Below, one piece after another: positions 38,502-48,522 of a stretch of 64,000 nt of DNA (position 1 is its first letter; the number at the start of each line of letters is the position of its first letter). The stretch lies in NCBI GenBank assembly GCA_017991835.1, contig JAGOPY010000005.1, positions 12,148 through 76,147 of the forward strand, read 5' to 3'. The DNA comes from Bacteroidales bacterium (GTDB lineage Bacteria; Bacteroidota; Bacteroidia; Bacteroidales; JAGOPY01). Made by a program: the position numbers and the translations under genes. The notes under the pieces were generated by a model, which saw only the letters and a list, made by a program, of their open reading frames with translations, did not search any database and was not told where the DNA came from.

Positions 38502-40607
38502 TCAGAACTTTACACCAACCTCCACTGTAATGAACCGGCCCGGGCAGACGGCGCCTTTGCTGTCATAAAATTTGGTATCCAGGATGTTCTGTACAGTAAT
38601 TGAACCGGCCAGCTTCCGGTATTCTTTCCATAGCCGGGCATCCAGTGTGAAATAAGCGGGATAACGGTCGTCTCCGACAATCTCGTCGAAAACATTCTGA
38701 TCGTTGACCCATCTTTTACCATTATACTTTGCTGCCAGCGAAGCATTGATAATCCGGTTCATCCAGTAAACTGAGAAATTAGCCATGTCGGCAGGTACAT
38801 CAACGAGGAATTTGCCTTCCAGGTCAGGCTGTCCGGCATTATCTCCCGGTTTAAACGCGGAAATTTCGCTGTGGTTGTGGGAGTAGTTTGCCACCAGTCT
38901 CAAACCGGGCAAAATATCGTAAGTCAGCTCCAGTTCCAGCCCGAAGATATTGACACCGGTAATGTTTTGCGGCAGGTATATCGGGCGGGGGCCAAATCCC
39001 ATATCGATCGAATCACCCGAATTGACATAATAGATAAAGTCCTTTCCCATCGAGAAATAGGCCGAAGTCGACAATAAAATCCGACCGGGTAACAGGAAAT
39101 CGCCTCCGGCTTCAAAATTATCCAGGACCTCCGGTTCCAGTTCCGGGTTGGCAATTTTAAATCCTCCCCGGATTCGCCCGCTGCGGCAAAGGTCGTCGAG
39201 TACCGATGGGCGGAAACCCCGGGCATAGGATAAGTAAACGCGATTATCCGCGTTTATGCTGTACCGTGCCGACAGTTTCGGGCTAAGCGCGTGCCAGGTG
39301 AACTCCGTCTGGCTTGAATCGACGTATGGCATAATAAAGTAGGTCTCTGCCGTAGGGGTTTCGACAAAAAAAGCTCCGTCAAAATAGCTCGCATAATCGT
39401 ACCTTAATGCCGCTATTATTTTGAATTTATCATCGCCGAATGAAAATTCATCCTGTGCAAAGATTCCTACCGTATTGATCTTTCCCAGGTTATAAACAAT
39501 GTCGGTGGATGTGTAGTAAATGTCTTTGGCGTCCACACTGCCCTGTTTGGCATCCAATCCAGCGGTTAGCCGGTGGCGGGCAGAAAACTTCCGTGAATAA
39601 TTGAACATTCCGCCGGCGTCTTTGCGGATCGACAAAACATCGTAAAGGGTGTAATCGTCTTTTATAAATTCGTTCACCCGTTTATAATGCTCGTTGAAAT
39701 AGAACAGGCTGGCATTCCATTCCGATTTTTCATTCTCGCCGTGGTACCTGCCCCTGAAGTGATATGTATCGTGATCGGTCGTGTTACCTTCATCCTGAAA
39801 TACGACCTCTCCGGTACCCTGCCTGTCGTCGAAAGTGAGCAGGTCAATTTCAATGAACCGGCTTTTCTTCCATTCATAGCCGAGCTTAATTCCGCCCGAC
39901 CATTCCTTCATGTTGGACTTGACAATATATGGATTGGCGGCCTGGTCTGCTTCCGATTGGGTGATATAACCGTCGCTCTGAAGGTAACGTCCGTTCAGTC
40001 CCCAGTAAAAACCGCTGCCGATGCTGTCGTTCAGCCGGCCGGCCAGTTGCAGCCGGCCGCCGATGGTATTGTATGTGCCATACTCTAAACCGGCATAACC
40101 GCTGATCTTCTTCTGAGGCTTCCGGGTAATCACATTGATAGAGCCGCCCATGGCATTTCCGCCGTAAATACTGGATCCGGGGCCTTTAACCACTTCGATT
40201 CGTTCGATATCCCCGGTAGCAACCAGGTTCCAGTTGACCGATCCGCCATCGGCTTTATTGACCGGGATGCCGTCGAGCATCACCAGAACCCGTCCCTGCT
40301 CTTTTCCATCAAGGCCCCGCATAGTGACCGTCGATTTCGAAGAAAAGATCCCGAAAGGACGGCTGACATAAACCCCGGGAACAAACTGGAGGTACTCATC
40401 CGGATACTGCACGGGCATGGCTTTGATCTGGTAACCCGTCAGCAGGTTGATCCTGGCCGGGATATCACGGATCGTGTTATCTGTTTTCGTAGCGGAGATC
40501 ACCACCTCATCGAGAAAGTGCTGTTTGCCGATCGTATCGGTGATCTGCCCGTAAGTAAACCCGGCCAGGCAGCAAAAAATAAATATCAGGCTAAATCGGC
40601 TTTTCAT
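38502..40607 (-). CDS. TonB-dependent receptor
   Basis: 701 aa with a signal peptide. Plug motifs VVISATKT, TMRGLDGKEQGRVLVMLDGIPVNKADGGSVNWN, IEVVKGPGSSIYGGNAMGGSINVIT. The barrel ends VEVGVKF. Confidence 0.9.
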   Translation of the reverse strand: MKSRFSLIFIFCCLAGFTYGQITDTIGKQHFLDEVVISATKTDNTIRDIPARINLLTGYQIKAMPVQYPDEYLQFVPGVYVSRPFGIFSSKSTVTMRGLDGKEQGRVLVMLDGIPVNKADGGSVNWNLVATGDIERIEVVKGPGSSIYGGNAMGGSINVITRKPQKKISGYAGLEYGTYNTIGGRLQLAGRLNDSIGSGFYWGLNGRYLQSDGYITQSEADQAANPYIVKSNMKEWSGGIKLGYEWKKSRFIEIDLLTFDDRQGTGEVVFQDEGNTTDHDTYHFRGRYHGENEKSEWNASLFYFNEHYKRVNEFIKDDYTLYDVLSIRKDAGGMFNYSRKFSARHRLTAGLDAKQGSVDAKDIYYTSTDIVYNLGKINTVGIFAQDEFSFGDDKFKIIAALRYDYASYFDGAFFVETPTAETYFIMPYVDSSQTEFTWHALSPKLSARYSINADNRVYLSYARGFRPSVLDDLCRSGRIRGGFKIANPELEPEVLDNFEAGGDFLLPGRILLSTSAYFSMGKDFIYYVNSGDSIDMGFGPRPIYLPQNITGVNIFGLELELTYDILPGLRLVANYSHNHSEISAFKPGDNAGQPDLEGKFLVDVPADMANFSVYWMNRIINASLAAKYNGKRWVNDQNVFDEIVGDDRYPAYFTLDARLWKEYRKLAGSITVQNILDTKFYDSKGAVCPGRFITVEVGVKF

Positions 40608-40681
40608 TGTTCATTGTTCATTGTCCATTGTCCATTGTCCATTGTCCATTGTCCAGGTATTTTTCACTATTCACTATTCAC
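40605..40681. repeat. Heptamer tandem repeats filling the intergenic spacer: (CATTGTY)x7 at 40605-40653 and (TCACTAT)x2.5 at 40664-40681
   Basis: Read directly from the sequence. On the coding (minus) strand this is GACAATG x5 + AACAATG x2. The last ATG is the start codon of the TonB-dependent receptor. Confidence 0.9.
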
Positions 40682-41580
40682 TTCTGTATCTTCACCCCTA
40701 TTTCCATCGTTCCGTCGCCGGTTTCATTGGCGCGGATCACTTTTATCATCCCATATTTCCCCCCGGCGGTTTTAAAGGGAATGATCTTCCCGGTATAGCA
40801 ATACTTGCATAAGCCGCTTACATTCTGTGGTTTATAACCTGCGATCAGCAGGCTGTCGTTAAGGGCTGAGTCGAAATCTTCCGGGGCGACCAGGTCATTA
40901 TCGGTTGAATAATAATCGTAGGTCGTATTATTTTTAACCGTCCACGTGGCAAAGACAGGGTAATGGGTCTGTGCAGAGGTATACCCCGGGCAGGTCAGGG
41001 TCGGTGAGGGATTGCCGGAGGTATAATAGAAGAAGGCCGCGAGGTCAATCTCCGCTTCCCGGCCCGGGATATTCGATTCGGTGAAGGTTCTTCCGGAATC
41101 AAGGTCGAGGAAATGGCCATAGAGCGAATTGGCCGGATAGCTCAGCAGGATGGAGGGATAATGGTTAATCGCTCCGTAAGCTGAGCCATCCCCAAGGAAA
41201 ATATCCAGATACACAGAAGCAGTATCCCGGAACTCATTCATTATGAAAAAGTTCCAGGTTTCAGTTTCTGACGGGCCTTTCGGAAAAATAAAAACCGTGT
41301 CTAATCCACCTTTTTCAATGAAGATTCCCTTATCCAGTTCGGTCACTGTGGCGGTGGGGGTAATCCTTTTCACCCTGATGTATGTGATGGCTCCCCCACC
41401 TCCGACCGCTTCCAGACCGAATTGCATCTGGCGGCCGACCGGGATACGGTCGCCATCCATAACAAATCCTTCACCCTCTTTGAAAAGGATAAACGGGAAA
41501 TGGTCCGTTGAATCCTCTTCTGTGCATTGGGTAAAAACTCCCAGGAGAAGGAACAGGGCTATAATTTTACTGCATCTCAT
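40678..41580 (-). CDS. Hypothetical lipoprotein (paralogous C-terminal module with the upstream gene)
   Basis: 300 aa; signal peptide + Cys (VFTQC). The C-terminus IIPFKTAGGKYGMIKVIRANETGDGTMEIGVKIQK resembles the C-terminus of ORF 41580-42137. Confidence 0.65.
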   Translation of the reverse strand: MRCSKIIALFLLLGVFTQCTEEDSTDHFPFILFKEGEGFVMDGDRIPVGRQMQFGLEAVGGGGAITYIRVKRITPTATVTELDKGIFIEKGGLDTVFIFPKGPSETETWNFFIMNEFRDTASVYLDIFLGDGSAYGAINHYPSILLSYPANSLYGHFLDLDSGRTFTESNIPGREAEIDLAAFFYYTSGNPSPTLTCPGYTSAQTHYPVFATWTVKNNTTYDYYSTDNDLVAPEDFDSALNDSLLIAGYKPQNVSGLCKYCYTGKIIPFKTAGGKYGMIKVIRANETGDGTMEIGVKIQK

Positions 41581-42137
41581 TATTTTTTCACTTTCACCTC
41601 AAAGGTCACTTCACCATCGGCGCCCTGCACCACTTCCGTTACTTTGAACAATCCGTAAACCTCCGATTGCGTTTTGAATGCGTAAATATCATCCACCTTC
41701 ATATCTTTTGCTTTGCGGAAGTCATTAGCCGTATCATATGCATTTATGATCAACTGGTCGGTTTCGGCCAGGGCGTCGAACTGAGCGACCGTCAGGGCGG
41801 TTGCGGAGAAATAGGTTGTATTTTTTGTGGTCCAGTTTTCGGGGGCGTTGGCACCGGTGAAGATTCCGGAGATGTTTGTACCGGGAGAAGCTATAGCGAT
41901 GTTGTTGCCGTTGGCTTCTTCATAAAAACACAGGATATCAATCACTCCCGGATTTTGTGAGGCTGCATCCATTGTATAAACTTTGTTTTCTGATACTGAA
42001 TAAAATCCTCCGTCGCTGGCATTTGCCTGTGCTCCGATCGTGGCTTTTTTCACCTCAGGCTCGTCATCATCGTTACAGGATGTGATGACAAACGAAACCA
42101 CTGCAGCCATCATCAAGAAATAAAATACTTTTTTCAT
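41580..42137 (-). CDS. Hypothetical lipoprotein
   Basis: 185 aa; lipobox ITSCN. The C-terminus is IYAFKTQSEVYGLFKVTEVVQGADGEVTFEVKVKK. Its stop overlaps the next start by 1 nt. Confidence 0.65.
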   Translation of the reverse strand: MKKVFYFLMMAAVVSFVITSCNDDDEPEVKKATIGAQANASDGGFYSVSENKVYTMDAASQNPGVIDILCFYEEANGNNIAIASPGTNISGIFTGANAPENWTTKNTTYFSATALTVAQFDALAETDQLIINAYDTANDFRKAKDMKVDDIYAFKTQSEVYGLFKVTEVVQGADGEVTFEVKVKK

Positions 42138-42347
42138 AATTTAAATTTTTAATGTTTTACAAATAATCGATATGTCATCCGTTGCATATCGATGCAAAAA
42201 TAAAATCTATCTTATTCCCTTCATGGATTGGATACTATTTGTAATCTTTCTAAAATTCATAAGACATTTTTTAATAATTTCTTAACTTAAACAGCGTTAT
42301 ACCTGTTTGACGTTAATGTAATTTCGTTCCCAAATCAACCTTTTAAG

Positions 42348-42839
42348 ATGAAAACCATCTACATTGTAAGGCATGCGAAATCTTCGTGGAATCAGGCCGA
42401 TTTACCGGATGAACGGCGACCGCTGATGGAAAAAGGGAAAAAAAGGACGAAAAAAATCATTGACAAGCTGCACGAAATGAATTTCCGGGTGGATTATATC
42501 CTTTCGAGCCATGCGGTAAGGGCTCTTGAAACGGCGCGGATACTGGCCCATGCCCTTAATTATCCCAAAGAGAACATTAAAATCGACCCGCACATTTATT
42601 TCACGGATGGTGATGGGATCATGAACCAGTTTTTTGATATTCCGGAACGGTTTCATTCGGTCATGATCGTGGGCCATAACCCGTCCCTGACCGATTTTGT
42701 CAATCAATACCTTAAGGAACCCATTGAAAATCTGCCCACATCAGGGATTGTCGGCATTTCATTCGAAACGGATAAATGGGAAGAGATTCCGCTGGCAAAA
42801 CATCATGTTGATTTTCTTCTTTTTCCGAAGGAAATATAG
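42348..42839 (+). CDS. Histidine phosphatase family protein (SixA-like)
   Basis: 163 aa; IYIVRHAKSSW (RHx catalytic motif) and MIVGHNPSL. Confidence 0.8.
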   Translation: MKTIYIVRHAKSSWNQADLPDERRPLMEKGKKRTKKIIDKLHEMNFRVDYILSSHAVRALETARILAHALNYPKENIKIDPHIYFTDGDGIMNQFFDIPERFHSVMIVGHNPSLTDFVNQYLKEPIENLPTSGIVGISFETDKWEEIPLAKHHVDFLLFPKEI

Positions 42840-42848
42840 GAGAGATTG

Positions 42849-42950
42849 AACCGACGGCTTTAGTCGTCGGACTACCAATAAAAATCGAATATTTATTCAT
42901 ATGAGAAAGCCTCAAGAAGAATCAATAACCGACGACTGAAGCTGTTGGTT
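42849..42950. repeat. Third locus of the CCGACG...CGTCGG hairpin-repeat family
   Basis: The arms are GAACCGACGGCTTTAGTCGTCGGAC (42849-42873) and AACCGACGACTGAAGCTGTTGGTT (42927-42950). They are complementary with about 3 mismatches around a loop of about 53 nt, directly after the SixA-like stop. Confidence 0.8.
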
Positions 42951-43028
42951 TATATTTCAATTGACTATCACAGTAATTTCATAAATTTGTAGGATAAATT
43001 CACTTAAAAAAACGGTTAAAAGCAGCTT

Positions 43029-45137
43029 ATGGAATTGAATGATCAGTACTATTTTAACCGTGAGATCAGCTGGCTTCATTTTAATGAGCGGGTTTTGCAG
43101 GAAGCGATCGATCCCGCCACTCCCCTTCTGGAACAGGTAAAATTTCTCGGAATCTATTCCAACAACCGCGATGAGTTTTTCAGGGTCAGGGTGGCTACCT
43201 TAAAACGGATGATTAAGCTGGAACAGAATGAGCCTGTTCCCGATTTAAAATACAAGATCATCCTGGATGAAGTGCTGGAGATCGTTGGCGGGCAGGAGAA
43301 GCTTTTCATTAAGGCATATAACAAGGTAGTAAGGGAGCTGGCCCGTAACAATATCTTTCTTATCAATGAAAAGCAGGTCACTCCTGACCAGGGTGAATTT
43401 ATTACGCAGTTTTATAAAGAAAAGGTACGTCCCAACCTATTCCCGTTGATGCTCAACAATGTCAGGAGTTCACTTTCCTTGCAGGATGCTTCGATCTATC
43501 TGACTGTCATTTTAAAGAAATCTGCAGAGCCTGCGGTTGAAGATTATGCACTGATACAGGTTCCCAGCGATATCAACGGCCGGTTCCTGGTCCTGCCGAT
43601 GGACGGCCGGAAGTTGTTCATCATCCTGCTGGATGATGTTATCCGTTATTGCCTTAAAGACATATTCTCCGCCTTCGGATATGACCGGTTCGACTCCTAT
43701 ACCATCAAGTTTACGCGCGATGCTGAACTCGAGATCGATAACGACGTTTCCAAGAGTTTCCTGGAGCTGATCAGCGTCAGCGTCAAAAAAAGGAAACTGG
43801 GAGAAGCTGTGCGATTCGTTTACGATAATACCATGCCGGATGATCTGCTGAAAATGCTGATCAAGAAACTGAACATCGCAAAAAAAGACACGATCCGCGG
43901 AGGTGGAAGATACCACAATTTCAAGGATTTTATGGACTTTCCGAGGATTGGCGACGAAAAGCTGAGGTATCCGCCGGCGCCACCGGTCCCGCACCGCGAC
44001 CTGGTGAACCAGCCCAGCATGTTCAAGGCCATCCGGCGTAAAGATATCATGCTGTTCTTCCCTTACCAGTCGTTCCAGTACATTATCGATTTGTTAAGGG
44101 AATCATCCATTGATCCCGATGTCCGGTCCATTAAGATGACTTTTTACCGGACCACACGTAACTCTGCAGCCATGAACGCCCTGATCAACGCGGCGCGCAA
44201 CGGCAAATACGTAACGGTTTTTATGGAGATCCAGGCCCGGTTTGATGAAGAGGCAAATATCTACTGGACCCGCAGGCTCCAGGACGAAGGCATTAAGGTC
44301 ATTCAGACCATTCCCGGCTACAAGGTGCATGCCAAGCTGATTTTGATCCGACGACGCGAAAACGGGCAAAACCGGCTCTACGCCAACGTCAGCACCGGCA
44401 ATTACAATGAAACGACGGCAAAGGTATTTTCCGATTTCAGCCTCCTCACCTGCGACCCGAGAATTTGCGACGATGTTTACAACATTTTCGAGCTGCTTGA
44501 AAGCAAATTCATTCTTCCGACATTTAAAAACCTGAAAGTATCGCCATTCAATATACGCGGGTTTTTCATCGACATGCTCGACCGGGAGATACGGAATGCC
44601 GAAAAGGGCAAGGAGGCATGGGCCATCATCAAGCTGAACAGCCTGGTCGACCGCAGGGCAGCAGCCAAGCTATACGAAGCCGCCCGGGCAGGCGTACAGA
44701 TCAATTTGATTAACCGGGGCATTTGTGTCATTAAGCCGGGAATGCCAGGTGTCAGCCTGAATATCAATGCCTTTTCCATTGTCGATAAATACCTCGAGCA
44801 CAGCCGGGTCTATATTTTCTGCAATGGTGGCAACCCGGAGTATTTCATCTCCTCGGCCGACTGGATGCCGCGGAATTTCGACCACCGGATCGAAGTAGTT
44901 TGCCCTATTTACGACACCGGCATACAGCAGGAACTGATGGATGTTCTGAATATCCAGATGCAGGATAATACCAAATCGCGCTACCTGGGACCGGAGCGAC
45001 TGAACCGGTACCGCACCACGGATGATCCTGCAAAACACCGTGCCCAGTTTGAAATCTACGACTATTATTATAAGAAAGTTAAAATCAAGCCCCATGGTCA
45101 ACCCGGAAAATCAAAATCAAACTGCAAGGAGGGATAA
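43029..45137 (+). CDS. ppk1: Polyphosphate kinase 1
   Basis: 702 aa; YFNREISWLHFNERVL, FLGIYSNNRDEFFRVR, two PLD-like HKD-type modules (YKVHAKLILI; EHSRVY). Confidence 0.95.
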   Translation: MELNDQYYFNREISWLHFNERVLQEAIDPATPLLEQVKFLGIYSNNRDEFFRVRVATLKRMIKLEQNEPVPDLKYKIILDEVLEIVGGQEKLFIKAYNKVVRELARNNIFLINEKQVTPDQGEFITQFYKEKVRPNLFPLMLNNVRSSLSLQDASIYLTVILKKSAEPAVEDYALIQVPSDINGRFLVLPMDGRKLFIILLDDVIRYCLKDIFSAFGYDRFDSYTIKFTRDAELEIDNDVSKSFLELISVSVKKRKLGEAVRFVYDNTMPDDLLKMLIKKLNIAKKDTIRGGGRYHNFKDFMDFPRIGDEKLRYPPAPPVPHRDLVNQPSMFKAIRRKDIMLFFPYQSFQYIIDLLRESSIDPDVRSIKMTFYRTTRNSAAMNALINAARNGKYVTVFMEIQARFDEEANIYWTRRLQDEGIKVIQTIPGYKVHAKLILIRRRENGQNRLYANVSTGNYNETTAKVFSDFSLLTCDPRICDDVYNIFELLESKFILPTFKNLKVSPFNIRGFFIDMLDREIRNAEKGKEAWAIIKLNSLVDRRAAAKLYEAARAGVQINLINRGICVIKPGMPGVSLNINAFSIVDKYLEHSRVYIFCNGGNPEYFISSADWMPRNFDHRIEVVCPIYDTGIQQELMDVLNIQMQDNTKSRYLGPERLNRYRTTDDPAKHRAQFEIYDYYYKKVKIKPHGQPGKSKSNCKEG

Positions 45138-45561
45138 AAAGATCCATATCCCTTCGCCGGCCCGGAAAATCGGGTATATCGTCGTGATCATCATACTGAT
45201 CGTCATCCTTTATCTTATCCGGAATTATGAACGATGGAACCTGACGTTCCTCACGGAAGAATTCAGCAAATGCCTGTTTTATATTGAATTATCCATATAC
45301 ATTAACATAGGGGCCAATATCCTTTTTATCTTTTACGATAACAAATGGTTCAAGCACCTGCTGCAGGCGGTTACCGATGTAGCCGGCGCCCTCTCCCTGA
45401 TCATGATCTATGTCATCTACCCGTTGAACATCAGCAACGGCGACTACGACAACTGGATAAAGACGGGATTGCTGATCATCTTTGTCCTTACCGTTATTTC
45501 CATACTGATCAATCTGATTAAGGGGATCAGGTACCTGGTGCAGGAGCCGGAAGCCGTCTGA
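45094..45561 (+). CDS. Small integral membrane protein
   Basis: I trimmed the start to the ATG at 45094 (MVNPENQ...); the track ORF starts inside ppk1. Four hydrophobic helices. No family recognised. Confidence 0.55.
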   Translation: MVNPENQNQTARRDKKIHIPSPARKIGYIVVIIILIVILYLIRNYERWNLTFLTEEFSKCLFYIELSIYINIGANILFIFYDNKWFKHLLQAVTDVAGALSLIMIYVIYPLNISNGDYDNWIKTGLLIIFVLTVISILINLIKGIRYLVQEPEAV

Positions 45562-45585
45562 CAAGCAATAAAGAATTGGAAAGGT

Positions 45586-48486
45586 ATGCAGCTCCCCGTC
45601 TCCCGGTCTCCCCGTCTTCAAATCTCCTGGCATTCCTTTCTTCTCCTCTTTGTATTTTGCGCTTTGAGATTTGAACTAACCCAGGCGCAGTATTTTTCAC
45701 TGGGAACCGACGCTGCTTCGGTAAAATGGGACCGGATCAAAACGGAAAACTTCAGCGTCATCTTTCCCCGGCAGCTCGATTCACAGGCTCTGCGCACCGC
45801 CAATACCCTGGAATACTTCCGCGAAATAGCACTGGAAGGTCGAAATATCAGGACAGGCCGCTGGCCGGTCATCCTGCATAACGGAACTGTTATTCCCAAT
45901 GCTACCACCCCTTTTGCCCCCAAAAGGATCGACATGCTGACCATTCCCCCCCAGGACCAATACGGGCAGGACTGGCTCGATCAGCTGGTCATTCACGAAT
46001 TCAGGCACAGCGTGCAATACGCCACGGTCGATAAAGGATTTACCCGGGTCATGCGGATCCTGTTCGGCCAGCAGGCCCTTCCCGCTGTCATGGGCTTATT
46101 TGTCCCCTTTTGGTATATTGAAGGAGATGCAACAGTTACCGAAACGGCCATGACCCATACCGGAAGAGGCCGGTCGCCTTCCTTCGAAATGAGGCTCAGG
46201 GCACAGATCATTGAAAAAGGAATCTATTCGTATGACAAAGCTTATAATGGTTCATACCGTGATTTCATCGCCGGTCATTACGAGATGGGATACCTGCTGG
46301 TTGGAAGCGGCATGCTGAAATATGGTGGCTCAAACCTGATAAAACCATTACAAAAATCGGGCACGCTGCCTTTTACGTTTGTCCCATTTTCACATGCGTT
46401 ATACAAAGTAACCGGTACAGGAAAAAGAAAGTTTTACAGGAATACCCTGACCGAACTCGGGGAAAAATGGAAAGAAGAGGACCGAAACCTTGATACCACG
46501 GCCTGTTCGCGCATTAGGGAAGGAATTTCCAGGACGTACACGAATTACACCAGCCCCGTCCCACTTCCAGGCGGCCGGGTTGCAGCTCTCCGATCCTCGC
46601 TGGCTGACATTACCCGCCTTGTGCTGATTGATACGGACGGTCGGGAAACTATTGCCTGCACACCCGGACCGATGATCGATCCGGTTTTGTCTGCCCGGGC
46701 GAACATGATCTGCTGGGCCGAACTGGAAAACGACCCACGCTGGGCGCTGCGCGATTATTCTGTAATCAAGGTCCATGACCTGCAATCGGGCAGGACCCGG
46801 CAGATAACCCACAAAAGCCGCTATTTTTCACCAGATCCTGATCCATCTGCGAAAACCATTGCCGTGGTGGAAGTTGATATGCAAAACTATTACTACATTA
46901 CCCTGGTGAATGCTGCTGATGGCCATGTCATCAAACGATTTCCCGTTCCAGGAAATCATTATCCGTCGTACCCGGCCTGGAGCAACGACGGCCGGCAAAT
47001 AGCCGTGATCCTGACCCGCAGCGAAGGAAAATGCATAGCCGTGCTGGATATTGAAACCGCAAAATTTGAGATTGCCCTTCCGTTTTCATATACTGAAATA
47101 TCAAAACCAACCTGGGATGAACATTATATCCTTTTCACCGGAGCCTATACCGGCATCGACAATATTTTTGCACTCGATCTGAATACAGGGGAATTGTACC
47201 AGGCCACCGCGGCGCGTTTCGGCGCCACAGATGCGGCCATTTCGGAAGATGGAAAGACGCTGTACTACGCCAGCTATTCATCCGGCGGTTACGATATTGT
47301 CGCAGCCGGATTCTCAGCGCCATCTGACGCGAGCCATCCGGGTGATCCGGATTCTTTTAACCCCTGGAACCCGCAGAACAATTACTCCTTCGAACTGGCC
47401 GACGGGCTGTCGGAACAGGTGGGAACCCGGTTTGATGCTTCTGCAGTGCCGGATTCGGGCTATTCCATCCGGCGCTACCGTAAAGGGCTGAACCTGTTCA
47501 ACTTTCATAGCTGGGCTCCCCTCTACCTGGATATTGACAACCTCGGAATCCAGCCCGGCATCACCCTGATGTCGCAGAACCTCCTGGCGTCGAGCTTTGC
47601 CACGATCGGCTGGGCTTATGACTTAAACTCGGAATCGGGCAAATACATGCTGAGGTATAGTTATGAAGGTCTTTACCCGGCATTTGACATCAATCTGGAT
47701 TATGGCTTACGGCGGGGTGTTTATGATCATACCATACAAGAAAATATTATTTACAAATACCATGAACTGAATACAGGCGGATGGGTCCGGGTGCCGCTCA
47801 ACTGGAACATCGGAAGCTGGTTTGCCGGGGTTCAGCCATTTGCGGGCTATTCCTATATATTCCGACGGATGTTGCCGGACCAGGAGGTGGAGTTTAGGAA
47901 AGACCGGTTTCATTCTGTCAATGGCCGAATTTATGCTTATGTACAACGGCGGATGTCGGCACGCGATCTCTACCCGCGATGGGCCGCCGTAACCGATCTG
48001 AATTTCCGGCATACCTTATTTGAAGCCGACACCTCCAGCTCATTATATTCTGCGGAGCTGAGCCTTTACCTGCCTGGTCTTTTCAAGCATCACAGCCTGA
48101 GGCTTTACGGTGGGTACCAGCAACGAATCTACAATTATTATCCCTACAGCGACCAGGTGTCGGTTCCGCGCGGGCATAGCGGCATCGCCGTGCCTGAGAT
48201 CGCCTGTTTTTCGGTCGATTACCGCTTTCCGGCAGCCTATCCCGATTGGAGCATCGGGCCATTGGTTTACATCAAACGGATTAAGGCCGGAATATTCTAC
48301 GATTACGCTTTGCAAACCGGGACTTCGTCAGGCAGAAAATACCAAACAGTGGGCGCCGACATAACCTTCGACTTTCATCTCCTTCGTCATTTTGCCCCGT
48401 TTGAAGCCGGCATCCGGATAGATTACTTACCTCAATACAAGCAAACTGTGCTCGAAATATTATACAGCATTGGGCTGGGAAATTAA
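45586..48486 (+). CDS. Large secreted protein with an HExxH motif, PD40/TolB-like beta-propeller repeats and a C-terminal barrel-like region
   Basis: 966 aa with a signal peptide (ends TQAQ). LVIHEFRHSVQY (HExxH). PD40-like repeats: YFSPDPDPSAKTIAVV, PAWSNDGRQIAVIL, AAISEDGKTLYYASY. The C-terminal third is aromatic and glycine rich. Confidence 0.7.
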   Translation: MQLPVSRSPRLQISWHSFLLLFVFCALRFELTQAQYFSLGTDAASVKWDRIKTENFSVIFPRQLDSQALRTANTLEYFREIALEGRNIRTGRWPVILHNGTVIPNATTPFAPKRIDMLTIPPQDQYGQDWLDQLVIHEFRHSVQYATVDKGFTRVMRILFGQQALPAVMGLFVPFWYIEGDATVTETAMTHTGRGRSPSFEMRLRAQIIEKGIYSYDKAYNGSYRDFIAGHYEMGYLLVGSGMLKYGGSNLIKPLQKSGTLPFTFVPFSHALYKVTGTGKRKFYRNTLTELGEKWKEEDRNLDTTACSRIREGISRTYTNYTSPVPLPGGRVAALRSSLADITRLVLIDTDGRETIACTPGPMIDPVLSARANMICWAELENDPRWALRDYSVIKVHDLQSGRTRQITHKSRYFSPDPDPSAKTIAVVEVDMQNYYYITLVNAADGHVIKRFPVPGNHYPSYPAWSNDGRQIAVILTRSEGKCIAVLDIETAKFEIALPFSYTEISKPTWDEHYILFTGAYTGIDNIFALDLNTGELYQATAARFGATDAAISEDGKTLYYASYSSGGYDIVAAGFSAPSDASHPGDPDSFNPWNPQNNYSFELADGLSEQVGTRFDASAVPDSGYSIRRYRKGLNLFNFHSWAPLYLDIDNLGIQPGITLMSQNLLASSFATIGWAYDLNSESGKYMLRYSYEGLYPAFDINLDYGLRRGVYDHTIQENIIYKYHELNTGGWVRVPLNWNIGSWFAGVQPFAGYSYIFRRMLPDQEVEFRKDRFHSVNGRIYAYVQRRMSARDLYPRWAAVTDLNFRHTLFEADTSSSLYSAELSLYLPGLFKHHSLRLYGGYQQRIYNYYPYSDQVSVPRGHSGIAVPEIACFSVDYRFPAAYPDWSIGPLVYIKRIKAGIFYDYALQTGTSSGRKYQTVGADITFDFHLLRHFAPFEAGIRIDYLPQYKQTVLEILYSIGLGN

Positions 48487-48522
48487 TGGCAGGAAAGATT
48501 CCTCCTTCGTCGGAATGAGGGC

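Noticed and set aside
40518-40812. Plus-strand ORFs of 63-85 aa (MFIVHCPLSIVHCPLS...)
   Set aside because: They are translations of the heptamer tandem repeat and of the antisense strand of flanking genes, so they are artefacts.
45022-45093. The upstream 24 codons of track ORF 45022-45561
   Set aside because: This part lies inside the ppk1 3' end in another frame. The ATG at 45094 gives a sensible N-terminus for the membrane protein.
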